Assembly (NCBI GenBank): GCA_963758495.1
Contig: CAVWVI010000004.1
Span: 288,001-352,000, forward strand
Length of the DNA: 64,000 nucleotides
Direction: 5' to 3'
From: Oligoflexia bacterium
GTDB taxonomy: Bacteria; Bdellovibrionota; UBA1018
A program made the position numbers and the translations under genes. Of this stretch, positions 53,656 through 62,072 are shown piece by piece (position 1 is the first letter of the stretch; every line of letters begins with the position of its first letter). Under the pieces are notes generated by a model. That model had not been told where the DNA came from. It was given only the letters and a program-made list of their open reading frames with translations, and ran no database searches.

Positions 53656-54464
53656 CACTCTTTCACCAACCACTTCTTTTTAAGCTCAGCTAACTTTCCT
53701 GTACGCTGCAACTTCTCTAATGCCTGATTCAGCTGACTCTTCAATAAATTTCCTTTTGGGCTGTGCTTGGGAAATGCAATGGCATACCCCTCGCCCGCCC
53801 AAGATATTCCAATTGATTTAAGTGTCGGATTAAATTTAATAAATTCAGAAGCTTGCACCTCTTCGACAATCACCCCATCGAGTCGATTTGCTTTCAATTC
53901 TTGAATCAAAACAGGATTTCTACTCAAGGAAACAACTTCCATTTTGGGATGGATTTTGGACTGCTCTTTAGCAAATTTTTCCATAGTTGAGCCGAGCTGC
54001 ACTCCTATTTTTTTGCCATCAACATCTTTTCCATCTGAAACGGTACTTTCTTTCGAAATAATCATCGCAAAAGAGCTTTGATAATAAGGTTCACTAAAAT
54101 CAATGTTTCGTTTTCTTTCCTCATTTATTGTCATTCCAGACATCACGAAGTCGATGCGACCACTCTGAAGTGACGGAATCAGTGCACTAAAATCAATATC
54201 TTGGATCTCTAGAGCAAAACCAGCCTCTGTTGCTAATTCACGAGCAACATCAATATCAAAACCAACTATCCGCCCCTCCTTATTATACTCAAAGGGTGGA
54301 TAATCGGCTGAAACACCCATCACCACAACAGAACGATGGGGCTGATTTTGAATTGTCGATCGGCTACAAGCCTGCAGACAAGCCACTAATAATAGGAAAA
54401 AACTCATTCCTACTTTGATTTGTAAGCCTATTTTCCAGCTGTTTTTTAGATTTAATGTCCGCAT
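53655..54464 (-). CDS. polar amino-acid ABC substrate-binding lipoprotein, probably arginine
   Basis: LQAC lipobox, ADYPPFEY, GFDID, IDFSEPYY, GVQLGST; ARG-box-like sites upstream. Confidence 0.92.
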   Translation of the reverse strand: MRTLNLKNSWKIGLQIKVGMSFFLLLVACLQACSRSTIQNQPHRSVVVMGVSADYPPFEYNKEGRIVGFDIDVARELATEAGFALEIQDIDFSALIPSLQSGRIDFVMSGMTINEERKRNIDFSEPYYQSSFAMIISKESTVSDGKDVDGKKIGVQLGSTMEKFAKEQSKIHPKMEVVSLSRNPVLIQELKANRLDGVIVEEVQASEFIKFNPTLKSIGISWAGEGYAIAFPKHSPKGNLLKSQLNQALEKLQRTGKLAELKKKWLVKE

Positions 54465-54491
54465 ATAAATACTTGCTCCATCGATCTACAT

Positions 54492-54616
54492 TTTGCATTA
54501 AAATGCATCGAACTTTCTAAATCATCCCGTCAATATAAAGGATTTATGCGTATATAAGCATAATGGTCAAATATCAAGAGTTATTTTTATGCATATTTAA
54601 TGCATTATCATGCATC
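54492..54616. promoter_or_regulatory. three ArgR/AhrC-type operator boxes
   Basis: TGCAT-N4-ATGCA at 54494 and 54601 (perfect) and TGCGT-N4-AAGCA at 54547. Confidence 0.6.
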
Positions 54617-54674
54617 GCTCTCAGGATGGACTTTTATTTGCACAAGTACATAAAGAGGAAAGGACGGTTATTCC

Positions 54675-55124
54675 TTGGGTTATTTTTGGGGACAGTCTGC
54701 AGTGGTTTTCATGTTACTACTTGGGTCATCAGCAGCACCCTTACACTCTCTTATGGCATCTAAGAGCCCATTAAATCAGACAACTTCCCCTACCTCAACC
54801 CTCCTCCCCACCGCGTCCAAACCCGAACACAAAGGACCTCATGGCGGTATCGTCGTAAATCGCGCAGGGAGAGATTTTGAAATCAAAATAGATAAGCTGA
54901 ATCAAATGCTTCACGTCTACACACCCAGCAACCAAGAACCTCAGCCTCAAAATATGGGTGTCACTCTTTACCAAGATAAGAATACGGGTCAGACCATCCA
55001 CCTGCGAACCATTGGACCTCCAACTGACGGATACTATCATTACCAAGGCCAATTAGATCCTAGTCAAAGCTCTTCTGTAGCCTTCGGCCTTCAATTTGAT
55101 TTGGAACCCAATACCCACGACTAG
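54675..55124 (+). CDS. exported hypothetical protein with GPHGG motif
   Basis: Signal-like N-terminus and HKGPHGG; start uncertain. Confidence 0.55.
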   Translation: MGYFWGQSAVVFMLLLGSSAAPLHSLMASKSPLNQTTSPTSTLLPTASKPEHKGPHGGIVVNRAGRDFEIKIDKLNQMLHVYTPSNQEPQPQNMGVTLYQDKNTGQTIHLRTIGPPTDGYYHYQGQLDPSQSSSVAFGLQFDLEPNTHD

Positions 55125-55245
55125 TCAGCAATCCTAACGGAACTGCTTTCATGAATAGTAAAAATATAACAGGCCACCTGAGGCGTTGGAGCACTTTTTG
55201 CTGAGTCGCGACAGTAGGTCTGAAAATGAAAATTAAAGGAATTTT

Positions 55246-55911
55246 ATGCGAAAATATTTTTATACTTCCTGGTTAGCCTTAGGTATTTTTCAACTTTTAG
55301 TCAATTTCGACTGTTTCCAACTCCAAGCACAAGAGTTTTTATTTTCCCAAGGTCCAAGCCAGAACTTAGATGATTCAAAAAATCTTCAAGTCAACCCAAA
55401 TCCTATTGAACCCAGCAAAATGGCCGTACGTATTCCAAGAGTATTTTTTGAAAAATCCATTACAGGCACCTTCGTAGGACGATCATCTAGAGTGGACCAG
55501 GGCAGCAGCCCAATCTCAATAGATAGCCCGGTCACATGGGAAGAGCAATCCACCACACTTCCAGCGCCCCAGCCAGGCGCATTAGCAGACTTTAGAGATT
55601 ACAAAGGATGTGCTTCCTACAACCAAACTCCTATTGCCGTATGTTTTAATGTAATGCCCGATGTTTCAAGCGTAGGAGTGAATTCGCGCGAAATGCAATT
55701 AATAGGCATAGAAAAATACATGAACGAGGAGCTTTCAAAGTTAAGCAACTCCAATGGCTGTTCTTATACTACTCAGAATATTCAATTCAAACAAGCCAGT
55801 CGTAATCAGAATGAAGTACTCATACAATTCTCTGGAGACCTCATTCCCGGATCAGATTGTAATGAGTTAAAACAACCCCTTGAGATTCAGATCAAACTCA
55901 AGGCTACTTAA
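55246..55911 (+). CDS. exported hypothetical protein
   Basis: RBS AAAGGA, signal peptide ending LQA, four Cys in the C-terminal half. Confidence 0.65.
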   Translation: MRKYFYTSWLALGIFQLLVNFDCFQLQAQEFLFSQGPSQNLDDSKNLQVNPNPIEPSKMAVRIPRVFFEKSITGTFVGRSSRVDQGSSPISIDSPVTWEEQSTTLPAPQPGALADFRDYKGCASYNQTPIAVCFNVMPDVSSVGVNSREMQLIGIEKYMNEELSKLSNSNGCSYTTQNIQFKQASRNQNEVLIQFSGDLIPGSDCNELKQPLEIQIKLKAT

Positions 55912-55913
55912 GA

Positions 55914-55932
55914 AGCAGTCTGAAAAATGCCG
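55914..55932 (+). repeat. 19-bp direct repeat, copy 1
   Basis: AGCAGTCTGAAAAATGCCG, identical at 60486-60504. Confidence 0.85.
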
Positions 55933-56022
55933 AGTGCGTTTCTGGTAAACTGGCCTGAGATTGAGTTATGCTTTAGATAAGCTTTATGGCACTCAATCTT
56001 TGGCTTGCCAAGTCCAATATAA

Positions 56023-56066
56023 CATAATGCCAGATGTAGACATTAGTGTCTATATCTGGCATTATG
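56023..56066. promoter_or_regulatory. AbiE-type operator (20-bp inverted repeat, 4-nt spacer)
   Basis: CATAATGCCAGATGTAGACA-ttag-TGTCTATATCTGGCATTATG, one mismatch, ending 5 bp before the ATG. Confidence 0.75.
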
Positions 56067-56071
56067 AATGA

Positions 56072-56851
56072 ATGGAGCCGAAGACCTCTCAACAGCAAAT
56101 CGAGCTGTTTCATTTAATTTTTCTAAGACACTTGGGTGAGCGAGTGGATAAGCTTCATTTTGCTCTCAAAGGAGGATGCAACCTTCGCTTCTATTTCAAG
56201 AGCATTAGATATTCTGAAGATATTGATTTAGATGTCAAAGTGATCGCTAAAGACACACTAAAATCTCAAGTAAATAAGTTATTGAGTTCGATTCCTTTTC
56301 AGCAGGTCTTGAAAACACGTAAATTATCTATTATCGATGTAAATGCCGTGAAACAGACTGATACGACTCAAAGATGGAAGTTGAAAATTCATGGGCCGGC
56401 AACAAGCCTATCAATTCCTACAAAGATTGAGTTTTCAAGACGAGGAATGGAAAATGGCCTTCGGTTTGAGTCAGTTGATCCTGAAGTAGTGTCCGCTTAT
56501 CAGCTTTACCCAGTTTTGAGTAATCATTACGAATTAAACTTTGCTCTCAGTCAGAAAATTGAGGCACTTATCCATCGTTCAGAAACTCAAGCTCGCGATG
56601 TGTTTGATATTGCTCACTTGCTGGGTTTAGGTGCGAAACAAGCTGCAATTTCAGATGAGCTTAAGTTGAATTTTGAACAGGCAATCGAAAACACCCTTTC
56701 CATTTCTTATGCTGATTATAATTCGCAGGTTGTCTCTTATCTCAAGGATGAGTATCAAGATTATTTCGGGTCAGAATCAAAATGGAATGAAATGCAGGAA
56801 ATTCTTATTAAATTTTTTGAGAATACTGGAAAATTGAATGAAGTTACTTGA
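56072..56851 (+). CDS. AbiEii-family nucleotidyltransferase toxin (type IV TA)
   Basis: LKGGCNL, RYSEDIDLD, KIEFS, KIEAL..R...RDVFD. Confidence 0.88.
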   Translation: MEPKTSQQQIELFHLIFLRHLGERVDKLHFALKGGCNLRFYFKSIRYSEDIDLDVKVIAKDTLKSQVNKLLSSIPFQQVLKTRKLSIIDVNAVKQTDTTQRWKLKIHGPATSLSIPTKIEFSRRGMENGLRFESVDPEVVSAYQLYPVLSNHYELNFALSQKIEALIHRSETQARDVFDIAHLLGLGAKQAAISDELKLNFEQAIENTLSISYADYNSQVVSYLKDEYQDYFGSESKWNEMQEILIKFFENTGKLNEVT

Positions 56852-57443
56852 TGCACAAATGAAGTTGAGAGAGTTTGGTCAGGAGTTTTTACAGAACTCT
56901 GATGTAGCTTCGATTTTGCAAGTTTCAAGAACTCATGCAAGCAAGATTATGACTCGTCTTGCTGAAAGTGGTTTTTCAGTTCAACTGACACGAGGAAGGT
57001 GGGCTCTTTCACAAAATATCGATCGGTTCTCAATACCTGAGTTTTTGACAGCGCCTTCGTTGAGTTACATCTCTTTGCAATCCGCTCTCTTTTATCATGG
57101 GATGATCTCGCAGATCCCTGAAGTTACCTATGCGGTAAGTACTTCCAAAACACGTAAGTATAAGACTCAGGTTGGGACATTTTCTATCCACCACCTGGAA
57201 GCAGAGTTTTTTTTTGGTTTTGAGACTGCGGGAGATCGTAGCGTAAAAATGGCTACTCCTGAAAAGGCGTTATTAGATACTCTGTATTTAAGTCCCGCCC
57301 GATCTCGCATCTTTCATGCATCGCCGGAAATTGAACTCCCAAGAAAATTTAGTTCAAAGCGAGCATTTGAAATGGCTGAGATAATTAAATCAAAATCTCG
57401 TAGAACGATTGTGAAGCAGCTCTTAGTGTCAATTTGTGGGTAA
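56838..57443 (+). CDS. AbiEi-family antitoxin (wHTH plus C-terminal domain)
   Basis: L.RG.W, SYISLQSALFYHGMISQIP, ATPEKALLD.LY. Confidence 0.88.
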   Translation: MKLLDAQMKLREFGQEFLQNSDVASILQVSRTHASKIMTRLAESGFSVQLTRGRWALSQNIDRFSIPEFLTAPSLSYISLQSALFYHGMISQIPEVTYAVSTSKTRKYKTQVGTFSIHHLEAEFFFGFETAGDRSVKMATPEKALLDTLYLSPARSRIFHASPEIELPRKFSSKRAFEMAEIIKSKSRRTIVKQLLVSICG

Positions 57444-57479
57444 AAATAAATGGGGAATCGCTATCATCAAAATTCTTCC

Positions 57480-58046
57480 TTATCGTCGAAATTTAATTAA
57501 GGAGCTTGAAATTCGATCAATATATTGCTGTACAGCCACGACAACGAGTTGTTGGTAAGGTCTATCGGTAGCACTTGCTATTTCTTTAACTGCTTGTAAA
57601 TCGGTTTCAGGAAGTCGGATGGAAATCTGCTTTGTTCGTCCCGGCCCCAAAAGCTCCCGCTCTTCAGTGGCAGTTAAAACTCTGGATTTTTTTGCAATCT
57701 TCTCAAATTGAGAAGGATCTTCAAAAATGACAGCAGCTTCTTCCCATCTTTTTACATCAATGGCCTTTTCTTTTTTTAATTTCCGTTTCATCTGTCCTTC
57801 ACTGGGAGGATAAGCAGTGATTAGATTTCTCACTTCTTTAAGTTGCGCCCAGGCAATCAGAAGTCTTTTACTAGACTTTGTTTTACCGATTTTCCAATAT
57901 CTCCTGTAGGGAGAATAATGAAGTTGATCTGGAGAAATCAGAGATCTAGAGTTGCTATCTAAATAAACCTCCCATGCTTCTTCAATACTCACATCAGGAT
58001 GTTTTTTTCTAATATGAGCTTGAGCCCATTCGGCATTATTCCACAT
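57480..58046 (-). CDS. in-frame fusion of a BrnT-like toxin and a BrnA/CopG-like antitoxin
   Basis: N half: HIRKKH.VS.EEA.EV, RYW.IGKT...RLL, R.LITA. C half: TKQISIRLPE.DL...K..A....PYQ. Confidence 0.7.
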   Translation of the reverse strand: MWNNAEWAQAHIRKKHPDVSIEEAWEVYLDSNSRSLISPDQLHYSPYRRYWKIGKTKSSKRLLIAWAQLKEVRNLITAYPPSEGQMKRKLKKEKAIDVKRWEEAAVIFEDPSQFEKIAKKSRVLTATEERELLGPGRTKQISIRLPETDLQAVKEIASATDRPYQQLVVVAVQQYIDRISSSLIKFRR

Positions 58047-58050
58047 ATCT

Positions 58051-58092
58051 TATATACAAAAGGTTATCATAAACGACATGTGTTTGTATATA
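58051..58092. promoter_or_regulatory. putative TA operator
   Basis: Perfect inverted repeat TATATACAAA (58051-58060) / TTTGTATATA (58083-58092) just upstream of the TA ORF. Confidence 0.45.
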
Positions 58093-58187
58093 CATATATA
58101 TGTCATTCAAACGAACTAAAGGCAGCTCGTCAAAATTCAAGAAAAATTGTGATTACACAGGGACTTTGACCGGTTAATTACACGGCG

Positions 58188-58219
58188 TCTGTCCACCTAT
58201 CGATTCTGTCCACCTATCG
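58188..58219. repeat. 15-bp tandem duplication
   Basis: TCTGTCCACCTATCG twice, separated by AT. Confidence 0.85.
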
Positions 58220-58345
58220 GCGTCATTTTGATGGAACTTTTGGAAAAAGTTTAGATATCGCCAACAAAGGAAGAATTGAGTAGTAACGGGAGTTTATAGG
58301 ATCAAATCCATGGGTAAAGAGAAATAAATTCCCGACTTTGCTGTA

Positions 58346-59499
58346 GCGGCACATGGCTTTAGTATTTCTCCGGACGACGCTGTTTGGTTTGCGGATCAAA
58401 ATAAGCACATTGATAGCCTTTCGTTATTATTAATTCATGCACAATAGCTTGAGATGGAGTTCTTCCTTCTTCCTTATTTTTAACCCGCGGCAACGTGGGT
58501 GAATCCCCTATTTCATTCTGATTTTTACGTTCTTCTCGTTCTTTCGCACGTTTCGCTTTTTCTTCTGGGTGATGCCGGTGCCGATACTCTGTTGCGAGTA
58601 CATCAATGAGTTCACCTATTTTTATTTGTGGATGTGAGTGCATGAGCAGCCCTCGGATCTCTTCCAGTTTATCTAGAAGCGCTTGATTGGTTACAAAGGA
58701 AACTTCCGATAGTTCTGCGGTGAGTGGCCGAACCCAATCGATTGGAAGGTCTACTGACATTGGGAATCGAGAAGCGATCTCCCGCTTCGCTGCTTTACAG
58801 CTCATTCCATAGATACCCTTCAAAACATCGGAAAGCTCTGAATCTGTAAGGTTCTCACGATGAGCAGCGCCCGCAGCTATCTCAAGCAGCGTTAGATTAA
58901 GTTGTCCTGATTCCAATTCTAATTTGAGTTCTGGAAATCGTTTCATCATTCGTTCAGCCCGAATCAATCGTTCGGATCGCCATTCTTCTATCCCGTGCTC
59001 TTCCACCAAATACGCTCTAAGGGAAGAGTAATGAAAAGATAATTTCCTGCGATCAAGTTCAGCCACGTGCTCCAATTGGAGTACAAGCTTCTCTCTTTCA
59101 TCGATGACGAGGTCTTGAAAATTAGCTACCAGTTCTGAATCTGTAAGGTTTGAAAGTATCATAGGCAGGAGAAGACATAGCACGAGTTCTAAAATTCAAA
59201 ATCAAGGCCTCTGGCTGAAGCAATAGACGGAAATAAAAATCTTGAAGATGGCCGGCCGGAAAAACTCGAGAATCATCCGATACAAAGCTTGTACAATTCG
59301 TTTTGAATGACTTTACAACGTATCTCAAAATAGCTAAAAAAGCTCTGGTTTTACAAAAAAATACGTCAACAACAAAAATGGAACTCCCGTATTATTTCCA
59401 ACTATATTGTGAATACAGGTGATCCCCCGCCCTCGAAAGCTGCCCCCGACCGCGGCACCCTCGAACGTCTTTTGAAAAAATACTGAAGCCATGTGCCGC
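58346..59499. repeat. 22-bp inverted repeats bracketing 1.15 kb
   Basis: GCGGCACATGGCTTTAGTATTT (58346-58367) versus AAATACTGAAGCCATGTGCCGC (59478-59499), one mismatch. Confidence 0.85.
58359..59162 (-). pseudogene. DUF222-like / HNH-endonuclease family gene truncated before the HNH motif
   Basis: LSNLTDSELV..F..LV..ER...L.H.AELDRRKL...YSSL N-terminus; ends at GYQCAYFDPQTKQRRPEKY with no DH or HN motif. Confidence 0.65.
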
Positions 59500-59943
59500 C
59501 AAGCACGATTGTCAATATTACATTTTTACTTAGAAAGTGAATGGGGCTTCGGAATTGAGGTAAAAAACTATAAATCCTGCCTGGCCGGCATCTGACAACA
59601 GGTAGGATCATGGGTTGATTTTATTTTTATGTACTTCGATGGCTATTTAATTTTTGCTCATAATAGAGTAAGATTTGAGATACCTTCGTAAAGTTCGCTC
59701 AGATATTGCTAAAATTTGCTGCCCTTGTTGACGACTCATTATTCCTGACGCTACTTTACCAATCACATCCAGTTCCATCTGATGCCTAATCGGTACTGGG
59801 GAGTAAAACGACTTTCATAGGAAACACATTGACGTTGCAAACCGTGCCGGATCCGTATTTCTTTAGGACTTGACATAAGGCTGTATTCTACCCCTAATCA
59901 AACCTCAATGCTCAATTATTAAACATATAAAATAGAATGGTCA

Positions 59944-60479
59944 ATGGCCACCGCCACAGCACCATTTCTGGCCCCTTTGTTCCTAGCCAGTTGCAGTACA
60001 TCCAGAATAAAAAAAATATTTGGAATTCCTGCGTTTGTTCAACTAGGAAGCATGTATCAAGTGGGGAACGTGATTTGGAGTGGGGCTGTAAAGAAAGAGA
60101 AGCAGAGAGGCATTTTCAATCGTAGAGTAGACCTCGTTGTGAAGAAGATGAATCTACTAGATGCAGATCAATATTGTCGCAACTTGGGGGGAGGGGCAAG
60201 GTTGCCCACATGGAAAGAGTATGAGGATTTAGTTATTGCGATGGGGAGACTTAATTATTATAATCGTAATGCAATCCCTGATATGGCTGGAAATTGATTT
60301 TGGTCGTCGTCGTTCAGTCACAGTGACGACGAGTGCATCTTCTATGGATGTGACGATTCCCATCCCCACTACTACTGCTTCTCTGGCGATTATGGCGTCC
60401 TTGGCACCGACAGGGGGATGGCGACTCCTGGGTTGGTGGTGTCCACTCCGTCCGCTGTGTGATTAACGTACAAAATTAA
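59944..60479 (+). pseudogene. C-type-lectin-fold (DUF1566/Lcl-like) gene with a premature stop and a frameshift
   Basis: A..YC..LGGGARLPT..E, PDMAGN*FWSSS, F.G..G, then SVRCV in the shifted frame. Confidence 0.75.
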
Positions 60480-60487
60480 GTGGAGAG

Positions 60488-60535
60488 CAGTCTGAAAAAT
60501 GCCGTGTCGGGGACGCTTAGGTATTTTCCAGACTG
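60488..60535. terminator. hairpin between the lectin pseudogene and the convergent cysS; overlaps copy 2 of the 19-bp repeat
   Basis: CAGTCTGAAAAATGCC / GGTATTTTCCAGACTG arms plus an inner GTGTC/GACGC stem. Confidence 0.5.
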
Positions 60536-60538
60536 GCC

Positions 60539-62062
60539 CTATTTATATTCCCAAGTAGTACCCGCAGAGCCATCTTTTATTAAAACGCCTCGATCCTCAA
60601 GTTCTTTACGGATTGAATCGGCAAGAGAAAAGTTTTTGGTTTTTCTTGCCTCTGTTCGAGCAGCAATCAAAGCCAAAACCTCTTCCTCGGTGGGTCGTGA
60701 AACTGTACTTTGTTGATCCGATTGTGCTGCACGAATGCGTGATAGATCTTGCAGTGCCTGGGCTGGATCTAATCGGCCGACACCTAAAATTTCACCGATA
60801 TCGTATTCCATGATACGAATCAATTCACCGGCACCTATCACAGCTGAGGGGGTTGCCAAAGCAAGAGGTTCTGCCAAAGTCCGGTTAAATTCTCGAATTA
60901 AAGTAAAAAGGGTCGCCAAAGCCCCAGCCGTATTAAAATCATTTGCAAAATGTTCATCAATGTCCACTCGAGCTTTTTCACAAGAGGCTGTAAAAGATCC
61001 CCATGCGCTTTCAGCACGAAGATCAGCCCGCGCTCTGCTTTGATTTTTCAATTGAAGAGCCCTAGCTTTCGCTTCATAAATTCTATGAAGACCCGTCAAC
61101 GCCTGCTCAATTGTTTCCTGTCCGAAATCAATAATAGAGCGGTAATGGACCGAGAGCAGCATATACCTTGCGATCTCTCCGGAAAACTGAGTTAAAAACT
61201 GCCGCGCAGTAAATACATTACCCAAGCTTTTCGACATTTTTTCTTTGGATAACGTCAAAAATGCATGATGCAACCAATATTTTACAAAGGGGCCTTTTCC
61301 CGTTGCAGCCTCACTTTGTGCAATTTCATTTTCATGATGAGGAAAAATAAGATCTTCTCCACCATGATGAACATCAATGGTATCTCCCAGCCATTTGGTA
61401 GCCATCGCAGAACACTCAATATGCCACCCAGGTCGTCCTTTTCCCCAAGGACTATCCCACGAGGGCTCACCTGCTTTTGCCGGTTTCCAGAGTGTAAAAT
61501 CCAAAGGGTTTTTCTTCTTTGTATTGACTTCAACCCGACTGCCAGCGATCAAATCCTCGATTTTTTTATGTGAAAGCTGCCCATAGGAAGGAAATTTCTC
61601 AATTGAATAAAGAACCTCTCCGCCTTCAATAATATAAGCAGTGCCTTTTGCGATAATCTTTTGAATGATGGTAATAATTTCTGCGATATGAGTTGTGACG
61701 GTCGTCTTATGGGTAGGTTCCAACATGCCGGCAACGGCAAAATCTTTTTCTACTTCAAGAGTATATTTTTTTGCAACTTCTTCAGGAGATAAATTTTCTT
61801 CTTTGGATTTATTTATAATTTTGTCATCTACATCAGTATAATTTCTAACATAGTTCACTTCGTACCCTACTCGCTTAAAGTAACGGTAAAACATATCGGC
61901 AACCAAACCACCCCTCAAGTTCCCAATATGGATGAATCCATAAACAGTCGGGCCACATGAGTAAAAACTCAGCTTACCGGGCTGATGAGTGATTAAATCC
62001 TCTTTCTTGCCTGTTAATGTATGAGTCAGCTTGATGGGTCGCAGTAATTTTAATTGTGTCAT
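60539..62062 (-). CDS. cysS: cysteine--tRNA ligase
   Basis: CGPTVY, HIGN, GRPGWHIECSAM, FPHHENE, KMSKS. Confidence 0.98.
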   Translation of the reverse strand: MTQLKLLRPIKLTHTLTGKKEDLITHQPGKLSFYSCGPTVYGFIHIGNLRGGLVADMFYRYFKRVGYEVNYVRNYTDVDDKIINKSKEENLSPEEVAKKYTLEVEKDFAVAGMLEPTHKTTVTTHIAEIITIIQKIIAKGTAYIIEGGEVLYSIEKFPSYGQLSHKKIEDLIAGSRVEVNTKKKNPLDFTLWKPAKAGEPSWDSPWGKGRPGWHIECSAMATKWLGDTIDVHHGGEDLIFPHHENEIAQSEAATGKGPFVKYWLHHAFLTLSKEKMSKSLGNVFTARQFLTQFSGEIARYMLLSVHYRSIIDFGQETIEQALTGLHRIYEAKARALQLKNQSRARADLRAESAWGSFTASCEKARVDIDEHFANDFNTAGALATLFTLIREFNRTLAEPLALATPSAVIGAGELIRIMEYDIGEILGVGRLDPAQALQDLSRIRAAQSDQQSTVSRPTEEEVLALIAARTEARKTKNFSLADSIRKELEDRGVLIKDGSAGTTWEYK

Positions 62063-62072
62063 AACTTAGAAA

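Noticed and set aside
59190..59940. Short ORFs and a GC-rich patch between the HNH remnant and the lectin pseudogene
   Set aside because: No coherent reading frame or recognisable RNA structure apart from the inverted repeat already reported.
60295..60297. TGA recoded as Trp or selenocysteine
   Set aside because: TGA is a real stop in other genes here (for example the MBL hydrolase and the first immunity gene), and the same gene also carries a frameshift.
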